From the NCBI GenBank assembly GCA_003144275.1, contig NJBF01000033.1, positions 1 to 32,000 of the forward strand: DNA of 32,000 nt, given 5' to 3'. Under the pieces are notes generated by a model, which was given only the letters and a program-made list of their open reading frames with translations, ran no database searches and was not told the DNA's origin. This document shows, piece by piece, positions 18,357 to 26,810 of this stretch. Origin of the DNA: Candidatus Heimdallarchaeota archaeon B3_Heim. GTDB taxonomy: Archaea; Asgardarchaeota; Heimdallarchaeia; Hodarchaeales; Hodarchaeaceae. The translations under genes were made by a program, and so were the position numbers. Position 1 is the stretch's first letter, and each line of letters starts with the position of its first letter.

Positions 18357-18521
18357 TCCTAATATTACAAGTAGATTCTTTACTACAATCCCACGTTAGT
18401 TCATCTCTTAAGGACTACTCAACAATGAGTAAATAAGAAATATTTAAGTAGAGCCTGTCTTGATTGGTGACCATATCTTTAATTTTATGAATACTCTTAG
18501 AACCAGCTAAATGTGATTTTT

Positions 18522-19601
18522 ATGGATCCTCAGGAACAAAAAGAAGTGATTATAGGACCTGCCATTGTAGCGGGTGCAAATGCTATGCGTGCTCTTGATG
18601 CACCTGTCAGATATCCTTTAACACTGAAAAATTTTGATCTTATGATCCAACGTCAGGTAGCAAGTGATCCCATTAGATATATATATGTTCCTGATCCCGT
18701 TCTGGTACCCTCACGATCCATATTCATCGTATTGATTGAACATCTAATCGGTACAATCTTAGTCCTATTACTCTTATTTTCCAGGAAAGCTTCTTCCACT
18801 CTCAAATCACAGATTAGTACTTTTGATAGACGAGATTGGATATCTTTTTTCTTAATGTCAGCAGGTTCAGGTTTGGGACTCTTTTTCTTTATGATTGCCT
18901 TTAGTCATGGAAGTCCAACTATTGCTATCCTTCTGCAAAAAAGTCAACCCTTTATTACGTTACTCTTTGCAATGGTGGTATTACAGGAACGTCCCTCCAA
19001 GTGGTTCTACTTCTCTCTGCTTGTTGCTATTTTTGGCATCTATCTTATGATATTTGAGACTTTTGGTTCAGGATCCACAGATGAACTAATGGCAGCTGTG
19101 TTTTCTCTTGTTGCTGCGATTTTTTGGGGATCAAATACAGTATGGGGACGAATTTTAACTGAGAAAGTTGATTATTGGAATCTAACTACACTACGATATA
19201 TCGGAGGATCAGCAATACTGATCGTTGTTAATCTTTTAGTTGGAGCCTACAATCCTGACAACTTCGGAGTTTTATCAGAGACGATAATCACTTTCGGCTC
19301 TGATTTTGCTATTCCAATCAACGCGTTAGTTGCAATAGCTCTGGTAACAATATTTACTGGCGGAATCTTTCCTTTAGCGCTGTACTATTATGGATTACGC
19401 TGGTCACGAGCTTCTGTTGGTGGAATTGCTGAACTAGCATTTCCTATTCTAGCGATTTTTGTAAATTTCTATTTTCTAGGTTTTGGACTCACTGAAATGC
19501 AAATAGTAGGGGCGATTATTCTATTCATTATCGTCTCGTTAATGAGTTATATCAACAAGATTGAACACGAGCAGTCTACTATAGATACCACAAGTGCCTA
19601 G
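18522..19601 (+). CDS. EamA/DMT-family transporter
   Basis: About 10 hydrophobic segments, two EamA repeats; LQKSQP..LLFA.VVLQERP, LYYYGL, ELAFPI motifs. Confidence 0.85.
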   Translation: MDPQEQKEVIIGPAIVAGANAMRALDAPVRYPLTLKNFDLMIQRQVASDPIRYIYVPDPVLVPSRSIFIVLIEHLIGTILVLLLLFSRKASSTLKSQISTFDRRDWISFFLMSAGSGLGLFFFMIAFSHGSPTIAILLQKSQPFITLLFAMVVLQERPSKWFYFSLLVAIFGIYLMIFETFGSGSTDELMAAVFSLVAAIFWGSNTVWGRILTEKVDYWNLTTLRYIGGSAILIVVNLLVGAYNPDNFGVLSETIITFGSDFAIPINALVAIALVTIFTGGIFPLALYYYGLRWSRASVGGIAELAFPILAIFVNFYFLGFGLTEMQIVGAIILFIIVSLMSYINKIEHEQSTIDTTSA

Positions 19602-19643
19602 TATATGAAAAAGTATATTTCCTCTGCGAAAATAAATTTTCAA

Positions 19644-19946
19644 CTATTTTTCTTCTGATATACTAGAAGATTTGGCTTGTTCTAAACGAGGAATTAACCC
19701 CCAAAACTCTAAAAGAAGTATGAGACCAAATACTAAAGTAAAACCTGGTAAATCATGCAGGAATGTTTTTACAAAAACATTATCACCAACGAAAGGGTTT
19801 AAGAGAAACGCAAATGCTATACCTGTAAGCCATACTATTAAGCCCACTAATATTCCCGAAATAAATCTTGTTGTTCTGGATCTTTGAGAGAGTTTGTAGA
19901 TATCTTCGATTGGTTTTGGTATTCTTTGTGAGATCACTGAGTTCAC
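19644..19946 (-). CDS. Small 2-TM membrane protein, unknown function
   Basis: Two hydrophobic segments; GTG start. Confidence 0.6.
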   Translation of the reverse strand: MNSVISQRIPKPIEDIYKLSQRSRTTRFISGILVGLIVWLTGIAFAFLLNPFVGDNVFVKTFLHDLPGFTLVFGLILLLEFWGLIPRLEQAKSSSISEEK

Positions 19947-20045
19947 CTGTTAATTCGGTCTATTTCTCGTTTTAATATAAGACTTATTCTTTGATCTACT
20001 AATGTTGAGAGGGGGTCGTGTAGGAAGAATGAGTATTACTTGTTC

Positions 20046-20612
20046 CTAAATTTTCTTTTTTTTCTTAACAATTAGGGGGAGCAATAAAAATAGAATTAAC
20101 TGGTTATGAAATCCAGAAACTTGATTTGAAGTTATTGATGTTGTTGGAGGAGTGGATGTATCCACTATGTTTATTGAAAAGTAAAAAAGATCGTCTGAGG
20201 CTTTACGAATTGAGTGTACATCAGAATAATCTAAACAGTCAGGAATATTAAACAGCGTACCATTCTCCAACTTGATTTCGAAGTTAAATCCAAGTATTGT
20301 CTCTGCTTCATACTCTGGGATAAATTCTATGCTGAAAAAACCAAAAACATTCCTTTCTAGTTGTAAACTTGGAAAGTGACAAATAAAAACTGGTTCTAAG
20401 GAGCAATAATGAAGCAATACGGAACTGATGGCTATTTCTAAATTATTTCTAATTGTTAAATTGAGAGGTGTTTCTACAAGAAGAGATGTCCCATCTGGAT
20501 CCTGTATAATTGTAAAAGGTTGTGATGCCTTGAGAGCAGAACTAGGTTGACAAACGAAAAGAAAAAGGAATAGCATTCCATAAAGGAAACCTGTTTGATT
20601 TCGCTGAAACAT
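20046..20612 (-). CDS. Secreted protein with Ser/Thr linker and CTERM-like anchor (VSGF-TM-KKKKK)
   Basis: Signal peptide (..LFLFLFVCQPSSA), TSTPPTTSITS linker, C-terminal hydrophobic segment + poly-Lys. Confidence 0.7.
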   Translation of the reverse strand: MFQRNQTGFLYGMLFLFLFVCQPSSALKASQPFTIIQDPDGTSLLVETPLNLTIRNNLEIAISSVLLHYCSLEPVFICHFPSLQLERNVFGFFSIEFIPEYEAETILGFNFEIKLENGTLFNIPDCLDYSDVHSIRKASDDLFYFSINIVDTSTPPTTSITSNQVSGFHNQLILFLLLPLIVKKKKKI

Positions 20613-20644
20613 ATATTAATCTCTCAAGAATCGCAATCACTTAT

Positions 20645-21349
20645 CTAAATTGGAGAAATCTTTCTCTTCTTCATCAAGAAGATAATAGTTATCGAACTTA
20701 TAAGGTTAAAGAGTATAATAAATCCAGGGGAGGACTTGGAGCTAGTGTTTACACTCATCTCTGAAGTAGAAAGGGAGGAATATGTATAATCTATAACAAT
20801 CAATTGATCTAAAGCAGAGATTATGCCTACATTATCAAACCCAATTTCTGTATACACAATGAAGCCTGATTGGTTAATGATGTACATTGTAGGAATATAT
20901 CCAGTTCCGTAATCTTGATTCATATTAGATTCATCCAGTGAAACAATCCATGACATATTATGCTCTTGTACAAAAGAAATCACCTTGTCATACGATTCAT
21001 CTGGATCGATATCAATAGAGATGATTTCAAGATCAGTGCTATTACAAGAATTCTGAATCTGTTTGATTTGAGGAATTGCCTGAATGCATGGACCACACCA
21101 GGTTGCGAATAGATCAAGAATTACAACTTTGCCCAAATAGTCTGATAGTTGTGAACTTGTATTAGAATAAATATTAACCATATCAAAATTTGGAGCGAGC
21201 TCTCCAACTGATAATTCTTGCGGAGAAGCGATTGTATTAGACATCCCAGGAATAATTGCCAATAAATTGAAGAAAAGTATTGGAAGTAGCCTGAAAATTT
21301 TTTTTAAGTGCATAATTTTTAGAATGTTAGAAGTTAGATATAAAGTCAT
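20645..21349 (-). CDS. TlpA/ResA-like thiol-disulfide oxidoreductase with signal peptide and PGF-CTERM-like anchor
   Basis: GELAPNF, GKVVILDLFATWCGPC (21086-21100), YIPTMYIIN; SPGF (20720-20731) + TM + KKRK. Start may be ATG 21313. Confidence 0.88.
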   Translation of the reverse strand: MTLYLTSNILKIMHLKKIFRLLPILFFNLLAIIPGMSNTIASPQELSVGELAPNFDMVNIYSNTSSQLSDYLGKVVILDLFATWCGPCIQAIPQIKQIQNSCNSTDLEIISIDIDPDESYDKVISFVQEHNMSWIVSLDESNMNQDYGTGYIPTMYIINQSGFIVYTEIGFDNVGIISALDQLIVIDYTYSSLSTSEMSVNTSSKSSPGFIILFNLISSITIIFLMKKRKISPI

Positions 21350-21377
21350 TCAGTTACTAGTGTTAAGTGAGACGTTG

Positions 21378-21914
21378 ATGTCTGACTATACTAACATTTT
21401 AAATGCAGAAATAACCAAAGAAAAATATCAATGGCTTTTAACACGAATGGAACCATTTCTTCTCATGTTTCAAAAAGAAATTCACAATTCTAATGATAAA
21501 TCTCATGGAATTACCACTTCTACGATACCAAACTTATTGGGAATAGGTGAAGGTAGTACACCACAGTCAGATGATTTATATTTAGGAATCATTGCTACAA
21601 TAAAATGTAAAGAACCCTCTCTCTCTGAGGTTCTTCAAAATTTATCGCTTATTAAATACGAAAGCTATACAACAAGAAAAAGTTCATCCTTAATTCGGTC
21701 TTTTCTTCGCTATAATTTTCCCGATGAAATAAAACCTATTATAGAGCTCTTAAAGATTGATTTTCCTTCTACTGCGCATATCATGAAATTTAAAATGGAA
21801 ATTCAAAAAATAAAACTGATTGGTGCCTCATCTGGGTACTATTTTCTGGTTGGAGTGCTATGGCAACTCGAATATTATGAAAATCAGAAGCAAAATTTGA
21901 TAGTGAAAAAATAA
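21378..21914 (+). CDS. DUF2877 (AllH/YlbF-like) protein, apparently N-terminally short
   Basis: LLGIGEGSTPQSDDLYLG, TT..S, IGASSG...LVG resemble the DUF2877 core. ATG 21378 chosen because the longer TTG ORF overlaps the divergent TlpA gene. Confidence 0.65.
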   Translation: MSDYTNILNAEITKEKYQWLLTRMEPFLLMFQKEIHNSNDKSHGITTSTIPNLLGIGEGSTPQSDDLYLGIIATIKCKEPSLSEVLQNLSLIKYESYTTRKSSSLIRSFLRYNFPDEIKPIIELLKIDFPSTAHIMKFKMEIQKIKLIGASSGYYFLVGVLWQLEYYENQKQNLIVKK

Positions 21915-21939
21915 ACGACACAAGAATGAGTGTGATTGG

Positions 21940-22983
21940 ATGAAAGCTGTATTATTACACGAACATGGAGCAATTGAAAATTTAAAGTACGAGGATTTCC
22001 CTACTCCAGAACCCAAGTCAAATGAAGTTTTAGTAAAGATTCAAGGTGTTGCATTGAATCATTTGGACTTATTTGTACGAAAGGGATTACCTGGGTTAAA
22101 ATTGGAAATGCCCCACATATTAGGATCTGATATTAGTGGTACCATTAATGAGCTGGGATCCGCAGTATCTGAATTACACCTTACAGAAGGACAAAATGTT
22201 GTTATTGACCCAGGTATCTATTGTGGAACATGTGAATTCTGTTGTCAGGGACAACACTCATTATGCAATACTTATGGAATTCTTGGTGAACATAAACGTG
22301 GAGGATATGCAGAATATATAGCCATTCCTGCTCCTTTAGTTATTCCTATACCCAAATCTAGTCCAATAAGTCCATTACATGCAGCAGCTGTTCCTTTAAC
22401 GTTTATGACAGCCTATCACATGTTAATGGATCGTGCGAAAATTAAATTGGGAGAGGATGTTTTAATTACAGGAATTTCAGGCGGGGTAGCTCTTGCCGCA
22501 TTACAAATTGCAAAAACCGTTGGCGCACGGACTTTTGTAACTTCATCTTCTGATGAGAAATTGAAGCAAGCCAAAGATCTAGGAGCCGATTTTTTAATTA
22601 ATTACAACACTACTCCTGACTATCACAAAGAAGTGTTCAAAATGACACATAAAAGAGGTGTAGATATTGTGATAGATTCCGCAGGACAGGATACTTGGAA
22701 AAAAAGTATACGTTCATTGCGTAAAGGAGGACGTCTAGTCACCTGTGGTGCAACTACAGGTCCGATTGCAGAAACAAATATTAATCTTTTATTTTGGAAG
22801 CAATTCGATCTTCTTGGTTCTACCATGGGGACTCGGGGGGATTTGAATGCTGTGCTAGAACTTGTCTGGAAAGGTAGGTTGAAACCAGTTATTGATCGTG
22901 TTCTCCCGTTAAGAGAAGCTCAGGATGCACATAGACTACTAGAAAAAGGAGATCATTTTGGTAAGATAATTTTGCAACCTTAA
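21940..22983 (+). CDS. Zinc-binding dehydrogenase/quinone oxidoreductase-like (MDR family)
   Basis: ALNHLD, HILGSDISG, structural Zn motif CGTCEFC..GQHSLC, GGYAEY, GISGGVA, GKIIL. Confidence 0.9.
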   Translation: MKAVLLHEHGAIENLKYEDFPTPEPKSNEVLVKIQGVALNHLDLFVRKGLPGLKLEMPHILGSDISGTINELGSAVSELHLTEGQNVVIDPGIYCGTCEFCCQGQHSLCNTYGILGEHKRGGYAEYIAIPAPLVIPIPKSSPISPLHAAAVPLTFMTAYHMLMDRAKIKLGEDVLITGISGGVALAALQIAKTVGARTFVTSSSDEKLKQAKDLGADFLINYNTTPDYHKEVFKMTHKRGVDIVIDSAGQDTWKKSIRSLRKGGRLVTCGATTGPIAETNINLLFWKQFDLLGSTMGTRGDLNAVLELVWKGRLKPVIDRVLPLREAQDAHRLLEKGDHFGKIILQP

Positions 22984-23156
22984 TGAATAATACTGGAGAT
23001 TTATGTATAAATACTTCCTATGGAATATAATTAGAAGAGGAACTTGCCTATTTGAAAATTTTTGAAAACCAGATCCTTCCATCTATTGAATAGACATCGT
23101 ATAAAGTGTTTTTCCAATAGGTATTAGAATATAATTAAAATCAGGATGTTACGCAC

Positions 23157-23966
23157 ATGTGGCGGAAGTTATATCAGTTATTAAAGGCTCAGGGTTTCCG
23201 ACTCCCTCGAGAACATGGTTTAACTATCATTTGGACTGGTGCTATTAGTCTCGGGATTGGAATCTCTATAATGAATAATTCAGACATCATTGGACTGACC
23301 CTTTCCATATTGTTTTCTACTAGTATCCTATTTAGTGCGGATTCATTGATGAAGCTGGCAAAAAATCCTAGCAAAGAGATTCAATGGTTACCAATACTTC
23401 TAATTGCTGGAACTGCTGGGATAATGCTACTGTGGACTTCTTTAAGAGCAGAATTAGTGTTTATTCTAATTATAATTGGAATTTTATCGACGGGGTGGAT
23501 ATTTTTCTCTTATAGAACTAAACAAGTAAATCCAATGGAGCTGGTTCTCGGATCGGTGTCTATTGGGTTACTTTCTCTGGTTATATTTCTTGCATCTGTT
23601 AAGAGTATATCACCAATTCTTTTACAACAAGGGGTAGTAATTGTTTGGGCATTTATTGGTGTTGCAATCGCGCATATTCAATATGTTGAGACTTTACGCG
23701 ATAAATTGAGTATAAAACCCTTTTTCTTTACATGGATTCTATTTTTAGGGAGTTTATTCATTCCAATTAGTCTTTCTAAAGTCACAATCTTCATTTTTCT
23801 ACCTTTGATAGAGCCAACGATTTTTGTGCTGTTACAAACATATCAGCAGGAGAGATTAAAAAATTCGAGACGTAAAATAAGAACAATTGGATTTCGTTTA
23901 ATGTTTCGTCTTTGGTTTGCAGTAGTCTTAATGTTAGTATTTTATCCTTTGATCATAGTATCATGA
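23157..23966 (+). CDS. YwiC-like integral membrane protein
   Basis: N-terminal PREHG motif, about 8 TM segments, C-terminal 'IRTIGFRL'. Confidence 0.65.
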   Translation: MWRKLYQLLKAQGFRLPREHGLTIIWTGAISLGIGISIMNNSDIIGLTLSILFSTSILFSADSLMKLAKNPSKEIQWLPILLIAGTAGIMLLWTSLRAELVFILIIIGILSTGWIFFSYRTKQVNPMELVLGSVSIGLLSLVIFLASVKSISPILLQQGVVIVWAFIGVAIAHIQYVETLRDKLSIKPFFFTWILFLGSLFIPISLSKVTIFIFLPLIEPTIFVLLQTYQQERLKNSRRKIRTIGFRLMFRLWFAVVLMLVFYPLIIVS

Positions 23967-23973
23967 GACGAAG

Positions 23974-24744
23974 CTAGTTAGTTTTCTTTTCAAGATAAGC
24001 TTTTAACTGTAAATAAAGATCCTCTAACGTACCTGAATCATCAATTGGAAACTGAGGGTTTTCGCGATCTAAATCTGTGGTAATGATCTTATCTGGGGCA
24101 GTATTTGTTTCGATGAAAAAAGTCTTGATCCCAAGCTTTCCAGCAACCATATCATTAATTCTATCATTACCAATCATTGCACATTCATCTGGAGATTTGT
24201 TGATTTTTTCCAGGACTTCCTCATAATACGTGAGATACGGTTTTGCAGTAGAATAAGCATCGGCAACGGTTATTTCTAGCCAGGGAATTATATCTAATCC
24301 AATTTTACCCCAATTAAGTCTCTTTTCTGTTGCAATTCTTGGGAACAGGGGATTAGTAGCGGCTACCACATGAAAATGTTGGGATACAAGATGAAGTAAG
24401 GGCTGAGCAAATGGAGCTGGTGAAATAATTTGGGCCAATTGATCAAATTGATAGGCATAAAAATGGAGGAATCGTTTTAAGATTTCTTCAAAAGGAAGAT
24501 TTAGTTTTGGACTAAAGTGAGCAGCAAATTTCTCAAGGTTTGTAAGTCCTTCAGGTTCCTTTTCTAACATTGCATGAGTCGAAGTTAAGAATAATTTCAT
24601 AAATTCTTCATAAGAAGATATCTCTTCGGTAAAATACGCATGAATATTCTTGCCATACATAGGAATGAACTCATTTTCATCAAACATGATCAAGGTATTG
24701 TCTAAATCGAATAAAAGTGTAGTAATTTCATTCCAGTTAATCAT
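23974..24744 (-). CDS. HAD-superfamily hydrolase
   Basis: LLFDLDNTL, ATNPLFP, AKP..YY, MIGND..ND. Confidence 0.88.
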   Translation of the reverse strand: MINWNEITTLLFDLDNTLIMFDENEFIPMYGKNIHAYFTEEISSYEEFMKLFLTSTHAMLEKEPEGLTNLEKFAAHFSPKLNLPFEEILKRFLHFYAYQFDQLAQIISPAPFAQPLLHLVSQHFHVVAATNPLFPRIATEKRLNWGKIGLDIIPWLEITVADAYSTAKPYLTYYEEVLEKINKSPDECAMIGNDRINDMVAGKLGIKTFFIETNTAPDKIITTDLDRENPQFPIDDSGTLEDLYLQLKAYLEKKTN

Positions 24745-24966
24745 GATAAGTACCGATCCGGAATTTATCCAGAAAAGTGTTAAATAAAAATATTATTTTG
24801 TTACTCCCAGAAAATTCGACCGAAAATTCATTTAGGTAGAGATTATTAGTGAGATTCCTTTCCTCTGATTTTTGCGTGTTCCTCGCTTCTTAAAACAAAT
24901 GGTTTATTAAGAAACTACTGACAAGCCATTAATGTACGAGAAAAAGGATAAAAGGATGATAGAAAA

Positions 24967-26529
24967 ATGACAAGTCCAATGAGACCAGTTTCACGGAAGA
25001 AATCAAGCGCATTAAAGTTCACTGCTGAAAAAGTAAGAATATATCCAAAAAATACAGTAATTCTTTCACCAGAGACTGGTTTGTTTAAGGGGAGTTTCAA
25101 AAATCCGCAACTTCAATTAATATCCCCAACACAAACCGTCTTTACCGAGCATATCGTCATCTCTGACCATGTACCCGTCGATAAGATATGGATTTCAAAA
25201 CAGATGCTAAATGAATTAGATGCAGAGGACGGGGATATTATTCAAGTATTACCTCTAAGTCGCACACCACCCGATTCTTATTATTTAATCCGTAAACGAA
25301 TGATGCATAGAAGAGCATTCAAGGGTAATGAAATAGAACAAGTTGTTAATGATATTGCATATCACAGATTGAATCAATTAGAAAAAGCTGCTTTTGTACT
25401 TTCTCAAATCTTTGAACCGTTTAATATGGATGAGATTGAAGAATTAACAAAGGCTATGGCTCAAACAGGAGAGATGATAGATTTCGGCCAGCACACAGTC
25501 TTTGACAAACATTCTACTGGGGGTGTTCCCGGTAATAAGGTAACTCTTTTGATTGTGCCGATTATCGCCGCCTCTGGATTATTAATTCCCAAAACAAGTA
25601 GTCGAGCAATTACTAGCCCTTCAGGTACGGCAGATACTATGGAAGCACTGGGATGTGAGGTCATTTTTACCTCAGATGAACTAGTGGAAATTTCCCAAAG
25701 AACTAAAGGAATGATTGTATGGGGCGGAGGATTCAATCTTGCACCAGCTGATGATATTCTAATTAAAGATGTTGAATTTCCACTAGGAGTAAATCCCACT
25801 TCGATGATGCTTGCATCAATTATGTCTAAGAAGCTGGCCACTGGGATTCATTTTCTCGTGATGGACCTACCTACTGGACCCGGTACTAAAATCTCTGATA
25901 TAGGAACAGCCCAAGCTCTAGGTAGAGAATTTGCTGAGCTAGGAAGACGTCTAGAAATTAGAGTTGAAAGTGGAATTACTTTTGGAGCATCTCCAGTAGG
26001 TCATACTGTGGGAAGCGCTTTAGAAGCCCAAGAAGCTCTTCAGACATTAATAAATCCCAAAGAAGGCCCATCTAGTTTAGTAGAAAAGTCCTGCGAGTTG
26101 TCAGGGATATTACTAGAGATGGCTGGTAAAGCTCTTAGAGGGCAAGGTCGGGAACTGGCAAAACAAATCCTTTATAGTGGAAAAGCGATAGAAAAATTCC
26201 GAGAAATCATCGAAGCCCAATCAGCCAATCGAGATATGAAACCTGACGATATTGAAATTGGACAGTATTCTATTGAAATTCCTGCTCCTTCCTCTGGCTG
26301 GATAGTTCAAATTGATAATGTTAAAATTGCTGAAATTGCTCGAACCGCAGGTTGTCCCAAAGATAAAGGTGCCGGTATCGTCTTTTTAAAGAAGAAGGAT
26401 GCTGTTAAACGGGGTGAATCATTAATTCGGATTTATTCATCTTCTGAATCCCGTCTATCTGCCGCTGAAGGTAAATTTGCTAAGTTAAATCCTATTACTA
26501 TTGAAGGGATGCTCATAGGTCGAGTTTAG
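24967..26529 (+). CDS. AMP phosphorylase-like protein (thymidine/pyrimidine-nucleoside phosphorylase family), copy 1
   Basis: DKHSTGGVPGNK, PKTSSRAITS, GTAD, WGG..NLAPADD, ASIMSKK, GPSSLVEK, ARTAGCPKDKGAG, plus the archaeal N-terminal beta domain. Confidence 0.9.
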   Translation: MTSPMRPVSRKKSSALKFTAEKVRIYPKNTVILSPETGLFKGSFKNPQLQLISPTQTVFTEHIVISDHVPVDKIWISKQMLNELDAEDGDIIQVLPLSRTPPDSYYLIRKRMMHRRAFKGNEIEQVVNDIAYHRLNQLEKAAFVLSQIFEPFNMDEIEELTKAMAQTGEMIDFGQHTVFDKHSTGGVPGNKVTLLIVPIIAASGLLIPKTSSRAITSPSGTADTMEALGCEVIFTSDELVEISQRTKGMIVWGGGFNLAPADDILIKDVEFPLGVNPTSMMLASIMSKKLATGIHFLVMDLPTGPGTKISDIGTAQALGREFAELGRRLEIRVESGITFGASPVGHTVGSALEAQEALQTLINPKEGPSSLVEKSCELSGILLEMAGKALRGQGRELAKQILYSGKAIEKFREIIEAQSANRDMKPDDIEIGQYSIEIPAPSSGWIVQIDNVKIAEIARTAGCPKDKGAGIVFLKKKDAVKRGESLIRIYSSSESRLSAAEGKFAKLNPITIEGMLIGRV

Positions 26530-26533
26530 TCAA

Positions 26534-26557
26534 TTTATTTCTCTCTTCCCCTTTTTT
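26534..26557 (+). terminator. U-rich terminator-like tract after AMP phosphorylase copy 1
   Basis: TTTATTTCTCTCTTCCCCTTTTTT starting 5 nt after the stop. Confidence 0.5.
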
Positions 26558-26810
26558 ATTGGTTATTTTTGAGCGTGTTAATGAATTCTCTAGCTGAAAT
26601 TTCCCAAAAAGAAAGCTGTAAAAAAGGCCAGTGATTTAGTAAAACAATAAGTTAGTAAAGAGTATTCACAATAGATAATCAATTTAACGAGTCTTTCTCC
26701 ATTCAATAAGAGATATAGCTAAACTCATCACTCTAGAATCTCGGGGAAGATTTTGTATTCTAAGGGTGAGATTTTTCTCTTTATCCACTGTAGAACAGGA
26801 TGTACAATAT

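Noticed and set aside
21940-22983. The MDR dehydrogenase lacks the catalytic-Zn Cys and the GHE motif.
   Set aside because: The LNHLD/GSD variant with a retained structural Zn site is a common, known MDR subfamily pattern.
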